Assembly (NCBI GenBank): GCA_038063735.1
Contig: JBBTUN010000004.1
Span: forward strand, 190,921-254,920
DNA: 64,000 bases
Source of the DNA: Patescibacteria group bacterium
GTDB lineage: Bacteria > Patescibacteriota > Microgenomatia > Curtissbacterales > GWA2-41-24
Direction: 5' to 3'
Each line of letters opens with the position of its first letter. Within the stretch, counting starts at the first letter, position 1. Below, piece by piece: positions 1-9,833 of the stretch. Both the position numbers and the translations under genes were made by a program. The notes under the pieces are model-generated. The model was not told where the DNA came from, did not search any database, and saw only the letters and a program-made list of their open reading frames with translations.

Positions 1-26
1 GAAGAAGACTTATTCTATGGCACCAC

Positions 27-1430
27 ATGCCCCTAATCGGAGGGGCAACACCCTTCGGATTTCATCTGGGCCCTTATTTTTATTGGTTCTACGCCTTTCT
101 GCTATTGGTATCTAAACTCAATCCAGTTATTTGGGGTGTTGCTGGCGCAGGAATCTCCATCATAACAATTATCCTTATTTTTCTCCTTACAAAAAAAGTC
201 GGTGGCAAAAAACTTGCAACAACTGCAGCCATTTTTTGGGCGTTTTCCTACCTTGCGAATATTTATGATAGACACCTTTGGGCGCTTTACTGGGGTACTT
301 TAGTTTCTCTTATTACAGTTTATTCCCTAACCAAAATAATAGAAGGTAAGTATAAATACATTTATTTGCTGGCAATCACCTTAGCGCTTGCAATCCATGC
401 CGATCTGTCAAACCTCGTATTTTTTGGTCTTACCATTATTGCCTGGGTTGCATATAAGCTTCCACTAAACAGGAATACAATTTTGGCTGCGTTTTTTGTT
501 CCACTTCTAATTACACCACTCGTAGTTTTTGACCTTCGTCACGATTTTGCCAACACTAAACCAATCGGAATTTTTTTAGAAAACAACAGGGACAAAAATA
601 AGCCAAGCTTTAGTGCATATAGGTTTATAGAAAATAGCATTCTCTTTCCTAGAACATTTTCTCGGATCGTGTATACGTTTGGTGATAACGAAGCTGCGAA
701 ACAATACTCTTATTGTAAAGAATTCATAAATGAGAAATTTGACTATATTCCCAACATCATCATTTTCATTTCCAGCATTGCTCTTATCGCTTACCTATAT
801 TGGTCCCTGAAAATGCAAAAAAACCCCTTATGGATATTAATTTCTCTAACGACCCTAATCTATTACTTTGGTATCCAGCTATATGGAACCATTTTAAATG
901 GGGACGTTCTAGAGCATTACATTACCGGCTTATTACCATTTTTCTTGATGATTGCAGCGCTAATTGTTTCAAAATTACCAAGAAAGTTATGGGTTTTAGC
1001 TCTGATTATTTTTATGTATTCAAATTTGGCTAAATTATCCTTAGCAAAAAATAGCCAAGGCCTGTCGTATAAAAAGCAGGCAATAGAATTTGTTAACTCG
1101 CAAGTTGGCAATCAATCATTTTCTCTGGAATCTTTATCCACTTGTTGGCGCTATTCAGGTTATCGATACCTTTTTGCTGTTTTTGGAAAAGAACCTGTCA
1201 AAAGTTTTGTGGATCCAAATTTTGGCTATCTTTACGGTACCACTGCTATCGCCAGCAACCATCCGGACACCGTTGTGGTTTTTGTTGCGCACAATTTTAT
1301 AGCTGAAACAGAAGATTTTTACAAAAGACATGCTGTCTTCAAATCTCATGAAACGTCAAGCGCTATCTTTGGAAGCATAGAAGTGATAATTATGGATAAT
1401 TCCTTAAAATGGTTTGATAAAAATAACTGA
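27..1430 (+). CDS. Polytopic membrane glycosyltransferase, GT39/ArnT-like (GT-C fold); reading frame is open to window start, so probably 5'-partial
   Basis: 467-aa ORF with >10 predicted TM helices and composition typical of PMT/ArnT-type lipid-linked-sugar transferases; no in-frame stop between position 1 and the ATG at 27. Confidence 0.5.
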   Translation: MPLIGGATPFGFHLGPYFYWFYAFLLLVSKLNPVIWGVAGAGISIITIILIFLLTKKVGGKKLATTAAIFWAFSYLANIYDRHLWALYWGTLVSLITVYSLTKIIEGKYKYIYLLAITLALAIHADLSNLVFFGLTIIAWVAYKLPLNRNTILAAFFVPLLITPLVVFDLRHDFANTKPIGIFLENNRDKNKPSFSAYRFIENSILFPRTFSRIVYTFGDNEAAKQYSYCKEFINEKFDYIPNIIIFISSIALIAYLYWSLKMQKNPLWILISLTTLIYYFGIQLYGTILNGDVLEHYITGLLPFFLMIAALIVSKLPRKLWVLALIIFMYSNLAKLSLAKNSQGLSYKKQAIEFVNSQVGNQSFSLESLSTCWRYSGYRYLFAVFGKEPVKSFVDPNFGYLYGTTAIASNHPDTVVVFVAHNFIAETEDFYKRHAVFKSHETSSAIFGSIEVIIMDNSLKWFDKNN

Positions 1431-1461
1431 TATGAAAAAAAACACAAAGGTTTTTAACGGA

Positions 1462-2556
1462 TCAAGCCACCCATTCAAAGTTAAAGAATCTGATAAGCAG
1501 TAGAGATTGGAACAGTATTGCCAAAAAAAGGTATAAATATAGAAAAGTCTTGCGTTTGGCCAAGAAATCTGCAAAGGGGATAAACAAAGGGAAAGCTGCA
1601 AGTATCTCCCTTAAGCTTGCCAAGTAGGTACCTGATGAAAGCGGAATTAAAATTAACAGCATACTATAAATCCACATAGGCTTATTTATCTTTTTAAATG
1701 ATAAGACACCTAAAAATGCGGTAAACGGAATAACCGCTACTTGGAGAAAGTTAATTGGTGGTGGTTTAACGGGGCCAAAAACTTGTCTTACAACTTCCGC
1801 TGAATCGAGCATAAGCTTTGGAAACGAATGCAGGCCAATTTGTCTTCCCCATCCGGCCGTCTGATCTGTCCAGAATAGAGTGAAATCCCCAAAAGCCAAA
1901 AAGAGATATAAAGCATAAAAAACCAAACCAAGAGGTGAAACCAAAAGCGTCCACCAGTATTTTTTCAAACTAGGAAATCCCCCTTGTGCAATTTTTAAAG
2001 CAAGGTAAAAAGTTAAAACTATACCTACAGGTCTCGTGGCGCTAGCCAAAGCAGCCACAAAAGCAGCAAAACCTATATATTTCTTTTCGGTTAGTATAAA
2101 AGTAAGCGCTGTAAGTGGTAAAAAGAGCGGTTCAGAAAATGTGCCCAAGAGTAAGAAGCTGGAAGGGAAAGCTAAAAAAATTAAAAGAACCTGCTCTTTA
2201 ATTCTAGAGTAGCCAAGAATGCTTACAAGACGGCCCAATAGTATTACGAAAAGAAAAGTAAAAAGACTCGCAACTATTTTTGCAACGACAGGGCTTGAAC
2301 CTAATACCCTGATGGTAAGTGGCCATAGTGGGAAAAATGCTGCGTTTTCTCCCACATATCCATTTTTTGCAATAGCCATGTAATGAGCAGTATCCGCATT
2401 ATTAGTCCAAATAAGCGTAAATCTTTGAGTTAATGTCACACTCGAAAGCACTTCATTAGGGTGGAACATAGACGGGAATACGACTAGCTCGAATAGATGA
2501 ATCGCAACAAACCAACCGATAAATAGGGTGAAAGCAACTCTCATTTGGTAAAACAT
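1462..2556 (-). CDS. Polytopic membrane protein, putative GT-C mannosyltransferase-like (GT87/DUF2029-like)
   Basis: 364-aa multi-TM ORF (FPLWPLTIRVLG-type loop motif), divergent from downstream flippase gene. Confidence 0.35.
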   Translation of the reverse strand: MFYQMRVAFTLFIGWFVAIHLFELVVFPSMFHPNEVLSSVTLTQRFTLIWTNNADTAHYMAIAKNGYVGENAAFFPLWPLTIRVLGSSPVVAKIVASLFTFLFVILLGRLVSILGYSRIKEQVLLIFLAFPSSFLLLGTFSEPLFLPLTALTFILTEKKYIGFAAFVAALASATRPVGIVLTFYLALKIAQGGFPSLKKYWWTLLVSPLGLVFYALYLFLAFGDFTLFWTDQTAGWGRQIGLHSFPKLMLDSAEVVRQVFGPVKPPPINFLQVAVIPFTAFLGVLSFKKINKPMWIYSMLLILIPLSSGTYLASLREILAAFPLFIPFADFLAKRKTFLYLYLFLAILFQSLLLIRFFNFEWVA

Positions 2557-2674
2557 TTTTAGTCTACAAAAATCAACATCAAGAAATCAAATAACGCCTG
2601 CGACAATTTTTTAAAATAGATCTGGTTTTTTTAAGAAGTAGAAACGTTTAAACCTAAATTGTATACTTCAACTT

Positions 2675-3916
2675 ATGATTGTTTATTTTAAAAACCTAAT
2701 TTTTACCGATACGGGTAATGACACTTCCATTGTGATTGTTGGTACGCTGGTTAACATTATAACCGGAGGATTGTTTTTTATAATCGCACCGCGGCTTTTG
2801 GGTCCGGCTGATTTCGGTATATTCTCAACAGTTGTTGGCACAGCTTTACTCGTTATGTCATTTGCTAACTTTGGTATAGATTCAGGTATTTTAAGGTTTG
2901 CTTCGAAAGAAAATTTTGAGGAAGTTTTATCAATAGCCTTTAAATCCTACTTATCATTAAGCATAATAAGTTCTATTATCGGACTAATTTTAGCTCCGGA
3001 AATTGCAAAATTTTTAAACGCCCCACAAATTGCAAATCTATTAAGAATTGCCCTGGTAGGTAACATATTTTTGCTTTTGTCGAATTTTTACATAGCTGCA
3101 CTCCAAGCAAAAAGGGATTTTCTAAAAGCATCTATTGTGAACGGCTCGTCAAATATCCTAAGAATACTTGTTCTTTTTTTAGCCATGATTAGTTTAAAGA
3201 GTTTGGGGATTTACACCATTACGATAATTTTTTTCTTTAGTGCTTTTTTGGCAACGATAACCGGAATGGTCTTACTCCCAATTAATATCGTAAAAACACC
3301 CCAAAAAAGCATCATCAGCTTTCACAAGTTTAACTTTTGGATCGCAATGTCACTTATATTTTCATCTATTCCACTTGAAAATTATTTTTTGGTAAAACTG
3401 GCAGGTCCTGTTGCGGCTGGAATATATGCTGCCCCATTTAAGCTATTAACTTTTGCGTACCAATTTGGCGGAAACTTTTCAAGAGTTTTAGCAACAAGGT
3501 ATTCCTCATTTGACACAAACTCAAAAGCTAGGGAATTTTCTGTAAAAACACTACCGCTTGTAGTAGCTTTTTGTGTTGGACTATTAATCCTTATTCCGCT
3601 GTCCAAACTAATCATAAATACATTCTTTGGACCGGAATATTTAGAGGCTGTACAGGTTTTTCAGATACTCTCAGTGGGGTTTTTATTTTTCTTTGCTTCC
3701 CTAATACCATCAGCAATAATTATTTATTATATGGGTGCATCCAAAATTGCATTTATAATCACTGCCCTCAAATACGGCTTATTTATTGTTTTGCTTTTAA
3801 TTCTTGTTCCAAAATACGATGCACCTGGGGCGGCGATTTCTTTTTCCGCAACAGAATTTGCAGCCTTTTTGTTTATGGCATACTTTGCAATAGCAAAACT
3901 TAGACGCAATGATTAA
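2675..3916 (+). CDS. Wzx-like oligosaccharide flippase / polysaccharide biosynthesis protein (MOP superfamily)
   Basis: 413 aa, ~12 TM helices, N-terminal region resembles RfbX/Wzx family; sits in glycan locus. Confidence 0.55.
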   Translation: MIVYFKNLIFTDTGNDTSIVIVGTLVNIITGGLFFIIAPRLLGPADFGIFSTVVGTALLVMSFANFGIDSGILRFASKENFEEVLSIAFKSYLSLSIISSIIGLILAPEIAKFLNAPQIANLLRIALVGNIFLLLSNFYIAALQAKRDFLKASIVNGSSNILRILVLFLAMISLKSLGIYTITIIFFFSAFLATITGMVLLPINIVKTPQKSIISFHKFNFWIAMSLIFSSIPLENYFLVKLAGPVAAGIYAAPFKLLTFAYQFGGNFSRVLATRYSSFDTNSKAREFSVKTLPLVVAFCVGLLILIPLSKLIINTFFGPEYLEAVQVFQILSVGFLFFFASLIPSAIIIYYMGASKIAFIITALKYGLFIVLLLILVPKYDAPGAAISFSATEFAAFLFMAYFAIAKLRRND

Positions 3917-4634
3917 AAAGATATCGATAGTTGTGCCTTGCTATAACGAAGAAAAGCGTTTTGCCGAGGGTTTTGCCCACTACTATAACTTTCTAAAAAA
4001 TTATCCAAAGCCTTGGGAGCTTATCTTTGTCAACGATGGATCTTCTGATCAAACGCTCAGCCTAATGAAAACAGTCGCCAAAAAAAATAGTAATATTAAA
4101 ATCGTTAGTTATAAGAATAATCAAGGTAAAGGATTTGCAATAACCACAGGGATACAAAATGCCAAAGGAGATATTGTGTTATTTACCGATCTTGACCATT
4201 CTGTTGCGATTTCTACTATCAAAGATTTTTTAATCCACTTTAACAAAGGCTTCGATGTTGTTATTGGTTCACGTCGCGTCAAGGGCTCTAGATTCTTAAA
4301 AAAGCAGCACCCGCTAAGAGAGTTTTTAGGCAAAGGATTCACGTTTCTTGTACAGGTGTTTGTAGACTTTAAAATAAAAGACGCAACATGCGGTTTTAAA
4401 GCGTTTCAAAAAGGTGCAGCGCAAAAAATATTCCCGAAATTAACCGTATTTGGTTGGGCATTTGACGCAGAGATTTTATATTTGTGCAAAAAGTATAAAA
4501 TAAAATATGCACAAGCGCCCGTAACATGGAAAGATGTAAAAGGATCTAAGGTATCAATTGTAAAAGATATCTTCGGATCCTTTGCGGGTCTAGTAAAAAT
4601 AAGATTAAATGATTTTCAAGGAAAGTATTGGTAA
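3909..4634 (+). CDS. GT2 polyprenyl-phosphate sugar synthase (DPM1/GtrB/CsbB-like)
   Basis: VVPCYNEE...FVNDGSSD...DLDH motif set of GT-A family 2; ~240 aa size class of Dpm1/GtrB. Confidence 0.7.
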   Translation: MIKKISIVVPCYNEEKRFAEGFAHYYNFLKNYPKPWELIFVNDGSSDQTLSLMKTVAKKNSNIKIVSYKNNQGKGFAITTGIQNAKGDIVLFTDLDHSVAISTIKDFLIHFNKGFDVVIGSRRVKGSRFLKKQHPLREFLGKGFTFLVQVFVDFKIKDATCGFKAFQKGAAQKIFPKLTVFGWAFDAEILYLCKKYKIKYAQAPVTWKDVKGSKVSIVKDIFGSFAGLVKIRLNDFQGKYW

Positions 4635-6018
4635 ATTTAAAAGAATTCTTTTTGTTTTTCCCCTGCTAGTACACATTATCTTGCTGACAAATACAAGATT
4701 TACTCTGTGGCCGGAAATGGTCGTTTACCCATATCTTGTTAACAACGGCTTTCTAATATACAAAGATTTAATAAACCCTTACCCACCAGTATTTATCATA
4801 TTTTTATCCTTATTTAGTAAAATCTTCGGCTACTCACCTCAACCATACCAGATCCTAACGTGGGCAGTAATAATAGTGGTTGATCTTTCAATATTTAATG
4901 TCGTAAGAAAAATATCTAAGAATTATTATCACGCTTTTTTTGCACTTTTGCTTTTCGTTATTTTTTCGCTTCCTTTTGGTATAAACGGTCTTTGGTTTGA
5001 TTTAATCCAGGTACCTTTTGTTATTTTTTCAGTGTATCACTTTTATCTTTATTTAGAATTTAAAAAAACTTCCTATTTAAATAAATCATTTTATCTAGCA
5101 ATAGCCACTTTTTTTATTAAGCAACAAGCAGCATGGATAATTATTTTTTACCTGGGGATTTTACTTTATAAAAACAGAGCATCCCCCCAGAAGCTTATAC
5201 AAAACCTTATTTTACCTTTTGCATTCTCCCTCTTTTTGTTAACAATTCATCTGATTGTTTTTTATAAATTGGGTATATTAAGAGATTTTGTTTTTTGGGC
5301 AGTAATACTGCCATTTTTTAAAGCATCGGCCATTCCCGGTTATGTGGCATTGCCTGCACTAAAACAGCTTTTGATTGTATTAATACCGTTTACACTAGTG
5401 GTTTTTTCTGCCCTAAACGCAAAAACAAGGGAATATTTTCTCATAATTTGTGCCCTGCCTGTAGCGCTTTTTGCCTATCCAAGATTTGATTATTTCCACC
5501 TAATTGCCTATCTAGCAATAATAGCAATCGCACTCGGAATACAACTTAAATCGTTAAAAAACTTGGAATTAAAACAGCTATATCTGCCTATTATAGCGAT
5601 CGGCCTGCTAAGTATTTTCACAATTCACTATTTCCAAAATAACTGGCTTACAGAAATTAGATTTTTTGAACCGGATATTCAATCAAGTGCACATTTACTT
5701 TCTATTGTTACTTCACCTCAGGAAAAAATATACATTCAAAACGGACCAGATCAGCTTTTACCACTTTCGAAGAGATTGCCAATTAAACCTTGGGCAATCC
5801 AATTCCCTTGGTATTTTGAAGTCAGTAGCTTGCAGTCTAGAACCATTTCTGCAATAGAATCGCAAAAACCGCAATTCATTGTCTACAAACCTTATGAAGG
5901 GAAAGAAAAATATGCTCTCGGTTCATACATGCCCTCTATTCTTGTCACTTACCTGGACACAAATTACATAAACCAAATTCAAATCTCAGATACCTTATGG
6001 TTAAAATCCAAAAACTAG
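4609..6018 (+). CDS. Polytopic membrane protein, putative GT-C glycosyltransferase
   Basis: 469-aa ORF, many TM helices, located between GT2 and YfhO genes. Confidence 0.35.
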   Translation: MIFKESIGKFKRILFVFPLLVHIILLTNTRFTLWPEMVVYPYLVNNGFLIYKDLINPYPPVFIIFLSLFSKIFGYSPQPYQILTWAVIIVVDLSIFNVVRKISKNYYHAFFALLLFVIFSLPFGINGLWFDLIQVPFVIFSVYHFYLYLEFKKTSYLNKSFYLAIATFFIKQQAAWIIIFYLGILLYKNRASPQKLIQNLILPFAFSLFLLTIHLIVFYKLGILRDFVFWAVILPFFKASAIPGYVALPALKQLLIVLIPFTLVVFSALNAKTREYFLIICALPVALFAYPRFDYFHLIAYLAIIAIALGIQLKSLKNLELKQLYLPIIAIGLLSIFTIHYFQNNWLTEIRFFEPDIQSSAHLLSIVTSPQEKIYIQNGPDQLLPLSKRLPIKPWAIQFPWYFEVSSLQSRTISAIESQKPQFIVYKPYEGKEKYALGSYMPSILVTYLDTNYINQIQISDTLWLKSKN

Positions 6019-7937
6019 TAACAAGGCATTCCCTATTGTTTCTTTGTTTAGTAGTAGTCATCTTCTTCTTGCCTGTGCTAATTAGGCCAGACTTAATTAC
6101 CAAACGAGACAACGATTTAGGAAGAACTTACGTGCCTATATATAGCTTTATTGCAAAGTCGTTCCATGAAAATAAAAACCTGCCTCTTTGGAGGCCAAGT
6201 CAGATGGGTGGCGAAAATTTTGTAGGCAATCCGCTTTCTTCAATATTCTATCCACCAAACGTTATTTTTTTATTACTGCCTGTTGATACTGGGGTAATCA
6301 TGTATTATTTATTTCATCTTTTAATATCGGTAGTCTCAACGTATTATCTGGCTAAAAGTTTTAATCTGTCAAAATCATCCTCCCTGGCTGCAGCTATTGT
6401 TTATACATTCTCAACTAAAATCATTTTGCATATCACAGCGGGTCACATTACCATGGTAGCCGCTTTTACCTTGTTCCCACTATTATTTTTAACTGTAAGA
6501 AACATAATTTTAGGCAAAAGCGGAAACCAGTGGACTCTTTTGGGTGCGCTAGCCGTTTACGGGATGCTCGCAACATATCCCACAATATTTTATTACGCAC
6601 TTATTTTCTTACTCTTTTATATTGTCTATAAATTTAATTTCTTCATCGGAAAATATAAAGATATCATCAAAAGTATCACTCCATTTGCACTAACTTTAAT
6701 TTTAGGTATTTTATTATCAGCAATTTTTCTGCTACCGCAACTGGAATTTGCTAAATACTCAACCCGCGGATCGCTAACGCTCACAGATGTAGCACAGCCG
6801 ATTTGGAACGCAAAAAAATTTGTATTAAGCCTATTTTTCCCTTACCCAATTTTTAATAGTCTGAGCCATGAGGAATTTCTTTACCTTGGCTTTTCCCCAT
6901 TACTACTGGGTACTTATGCATTTTTTAAATTAAGTAGAGGGAAAAAACTCATTTTGTTCATGTTTAGTGTTTTAACGCTTATTTTTATCGCAGGGACATC
7001 AACACCAATTTTCGAATTATTTTACAAATACGTCCCTGGTCTTAGCTATTCCAGAATTACTACAAGGCCCTGGTTTATCGTGGCGCTTGTTGCAGCTTTA
7101 CTGCTTGCCTACGGTCTCGATTCTCTTAAAAACAAAAACCTAGCCTATTTATTTGTATTAATTTTTTTAGTTGAGACAGTTTTTATTGGATATAAAAAAG
7201 TTACCTCTGTCCCTTATCTTAAAGCGAATAACGAGGACATGTACCAATATTTAGCTGCCGACAAAGACATTTTTAGAGTGTATTGCACAACTTATTGCTT
7301 TAATCCTCAGCTATTGAATAAATACGACATACAGACCCTAAATGGGGAAACACCACTTCAAGAAAAAGCAGCGGTAGATTATATGCAAAAAGCGGGCAAC
7401 TACACGTTTAATCAGTTTGCTGTTATTTTTCCACCCTATCAGGTTTGGCAGATCAAAAATCCGCCGCAGCCCTACGCGAATTTACTCGCGACAGCAAATG
7501 TTAAATACGTAGCGTCTACCTATTTACTAACAAGCGATGAGCTTAAACTTGTTAACAAATTCGATAATATTTACCTCTACGAAAATACCTTGGTCAATCC
7601 ACGCTATTATTTTCAAGATGACCCGTCGAATGTCAATATAAAAAACTATTCGCCTAACTCAATTCTTTTAACTTTTTCAAAAGCCGACTCACCAAGAAAA
7701 CTAAATATTTCGGAATTTTATTATCCGGGGTGGTTTGCTTATATGAACAATAAAAAATACCAGGTAGAAAAAGACACAAGCGGATTTATGTATGTAAATG
7801 TTGCGCAGCAAACAGATGCTTTAGAATTAAAGTTTGAACCCAACCCCTTTTTTGTTGGCAAGGCCGTAACTCTTACAACGCTGCTTTTATTGCTCGGTTA
7901 CTTTTGGTATAAACAAAAAAACAAAGACCATGACTAA
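5997..7937 (+). CDS. YfhO-family membrane glycosyltransferase
   Basis: 646 aa; N-terminal polytopic domain plus C-terminal extracytoplasmic domain with the YYPGW motif also seen in ORF 22944-25403. Confidence 0.55.
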   Translation: MVKIQKLVTRHSLLFLCLVVVIFFLPVLIRPDLITKRDNDLGRTYVPIYSFIAKSFHENKNLPLWRPSQMGGENFVGNPLSSIFYPPNVIFLLLPVDTGVIMYYLFHLLISVVSTYYLAKSFNLSKSSSLAAAIVYTFSTKIILHITAGHITMVAAFTLFPLLFLTVRNIILGKSGNQWTLLGALAVYGMLATYPTIFYYALIFLLFYIVYKFNFFIGKYKDIIKSITPFALTLILGILLSAIFLLPQLEFAKYSTRGSLTLTDVAQPIWNAKKFVLSLFFPYPIFNSLSHEEFLYLGFSPLLLGTYAFFKLSRGKKLILFMFSVLTLIFIAGTSTPIFELFYKYVPGLSYSRITTRPWFIVALVAALLLAYGLDSLKNKNLAYLFVLIFLVETVFIGYKKVTSVPYLKANNEDMYQYLAADKDIFRVYCTTYCFNPQLLNKYDIQTLNGETPLQEKAAVDYMQKAGNYTFNQFAVIFPPYQVWQIKNPPQPYANLLATANVKYVASTYLLTSDELKLVNKFDNIYLYENTLVNPRYYFQDDPSNVNIKNYSPNSILLTFSKADSPRKLNISEFYYPGWFAYMNNKKYQVEKDTSGFMYVNVAQQTDALELKFEPNPFFVGKAVTLTTLLLLLGYFWYKQKNKDHD

Positions 7938-8997
7938 CATCGCTGTTTTAAGTTTTTATTCAGGAATTGTAGATCGCGGAGTGGAAACTTTTGCATATGA
8001 AATTGCAAAAAGACTTTCAACAAAACACAGAATAGATATTTATCAAGCCGGTAGAACCATTCAGCTTCCCCAAACCAGAACATACCAAATAAAGGCTTTC
8101 GCAAAAGCACCAACTTCTTCAAAATTTTTCCTCTCAAAAATTTATCTGGACATACAGTCTTTAAAAATCGCACTTTTTACTATCAAATCAATCCCAAAAA
8201 TTGTAAAGGGTAAGTACGATTTAGTAATTCCTTTAAATGGTGGATGGCAGATCGTGATTTTGAAAATATTAAGTAAAATTGTGAATTTTAAAATTTTGGT
8301 TTCAGGTCATGCTGGAATTGGTTCAGATGATGCCTGGAATATTTTTTTTCATCCTGATGTATTTGTTGCTTTAACGAAGTCAGAAAGTTACTGGGCACAA
8401 AGGCTGTCCAGAGAGCTTAGAGTAGTAACAATACCAAACGGTGTTGATCTTGCGAAATTTAACCCTAAGGTTAAACCTAAAAACATTAATCTGGAAAAAC
8501 CTATTGTTATTTGCTCGTCAGCTCTCGTTCCCTACAAGAGGCTTCATTTAACTATAAGAGCGGTGGCCAAAGCTAAAAATCTGAGTTTGCTAGTACTGGG
8601 CGATGGTCAAGAGAAAGGGCAAATCGACACACTTGGAAAACGGTTATTGGGCAAGAGATATATGAGACTTTCTGTCCCATATGCCCAAACACCTGCCTAC
8701 TATAGAACCGCAAAAGTATTTACCCTAGCTTCGGAGACAGAAGCCTTTGGTATCTCGTACGTGGAGGCTTTGGCTAGCAATTTACCTGTGATTACAACCA
8801 ACGATGAGTCAAGGGCAGAAATAGTAGGAGATGCCGGAATTCTAACCGATCCGGTCAACATTGAAACTTATGCAAAAGACTTACAAATTGCAGCCAATAC
8901 AAATTATCGTAATATTCCATATAATCAAGCCCTTAAATTCTCCTGGAATAAAATTGCTCACGAATATTCAAAGCTTGTTAACCAAATCACAAAATAG
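7930..8997 (+). CDS. Glycosyltransferase family 4 (GT-B)
   Basis: C-terminal E-x7-E region: ETEAFGISYVEALASNLPVITT. Confidence 0.7.
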   Translation: MTNIAVLSFYSGIVDRGVETFAYEIAKRLSTKHRIDIYQAGRTIQLPQTRTYQIKAFAKAPTSSKFFLSKIYLDIQSLKIALFTIKSIPKIVKGKYDLVIPLNGGWQIVILKILSKIVNFKILVSGHAGIGSDDAWNIFFHPDVFVALTKSESYWAQRLSRELRVVTIPNGVDLAKFNPKVKPKNINLEKPIVICSSALVPYKRLHLTIRAVAKAKNLSLLVLGDGQEKGQIDTLGKRLLGKRYMRLSVPYAQTPAYYRTAKVFTLASETEAFGISYVEALASNLPVITTNDESRAEIVGDAGILTDPVNIETYAKDLQIAANTNYRNIPYNQALKFSWNKIAHEYSKLVNQITK

Positions 8998-9833
8998 TGG
9001 ACAAATTAATATCTGTCATAATTCCCGTTTACAATGAACAAGACAGCCTAAAGGGCTGTTTGGAATCATTAAGTAAACAATCATACAAACCTGTCGAGGT
9101 CATAGTTATAGACGACGGATCAACTGACAAATCGCTAGAAATTGTAAAAAAATCCAAAGCAATCCTTTTAAAACAAAGCCACGGGGGCCCTGGGGTGGCA
9201 AGAAATTTAGGGGCTCAAAACGCTCGAGGGAGCATTCTTGTTTTTGTAGACGCCGATATGGTTTTCGAAAAGAATTTTATAAAAGATTTAACGGAGCCGA
9301 TAGCCAAAAGAGAAACGATCGGAACATTTTCAAAAAATGAATATGTAATCAATCATAATAACCCATGGTCAGTTTGTTGGAATATGAATAGAAATTGTCC
9401 GCCGGAGAAAATGATTCCCGAAAGTTACCCCGAGACTGCGCCGGTTTTTAGGGCAATTCTTAAAAGTGAATTTCAAAAAGTTGGTGGTTTTGAAACCACG
9501 GGGGATTACACGGACGATTGGTCACTATCCCTTAAACTTAATCTAAAATCCACACTGGCAAAAGGTGCCAAATATTATCACAAAAATCCATCAACCCTAA
9601 AAGAAATTTGGAAACAAGCCAGATGGATCGGCAAAAACAAATTTATTACAGGTAACATTCCACGGAAATTAAAATCAATTATTCTATACAATCCAATGGC
9701 TTCAATCTTTATAGCAGTATTAAAATCTTTTACTCACGCAAATCCGCGCTTTGTAATTTTCAAGCTAGTTTATGATTTTGCGGTAATTTGTTCCGTTTTA
9801 GAATCAACCGTAAACAAAAACAAATATAAATGA
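8997..9833 (+). CDS. Glycosyltransferase family 2
   Basis: ISVIIPVYNE...VIVIDDGSTD...FVDADM motifs. Confidence 0.7.
   Translation: MDKLISVIIPVYNEQDSLKGCLESLSKQSYKPVEVIVIDDGSTDKSLEIVKKSKAILLKQSHGGPGVARNLGAQNARGSILVFVDADMVFEKNFIKDLTEPIAKRETIGTFSKNEYVINHNNPWSVCWNMNRNCPPEKMIPESYPETAPVFRAILKSEFQKVGGFETTGDYTDDWSLSLKLNLKSTLAKGAKYYHKNPSTLKEIWKQARWIGKNKFITGNIPRKLKSIILYNPMASIFIAVLKSFTHANPRFVIFKLVYDFAVICSVLESTVNKNKYK

Noticed and set aside
2557-2674. Divergent promoter pair between the minus-strand GT-C gene and the Wzx gene
   Set aside because: A TATACT hexamer lies 8 nt before the Wzx ATG, which may mean a leaderless transcript. No convincing -35 at 16-18 nt was found for either direction, so no call is made.
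3382-3903. Antisense and alternative-frame ORFs inside the Wzx gene (3382-3615 minus, 3571-3903 plus, 3727-3909 minus), and similar ones inside ftsZ (56776-57150, 57169-57519 minus), murE and murC
   Set aside because: They lie entirely within strongly supported genes, have odd composition (Cys/Trp/Arg-rich or low complexity) and no motifs. They are most likely spurious reading frames.
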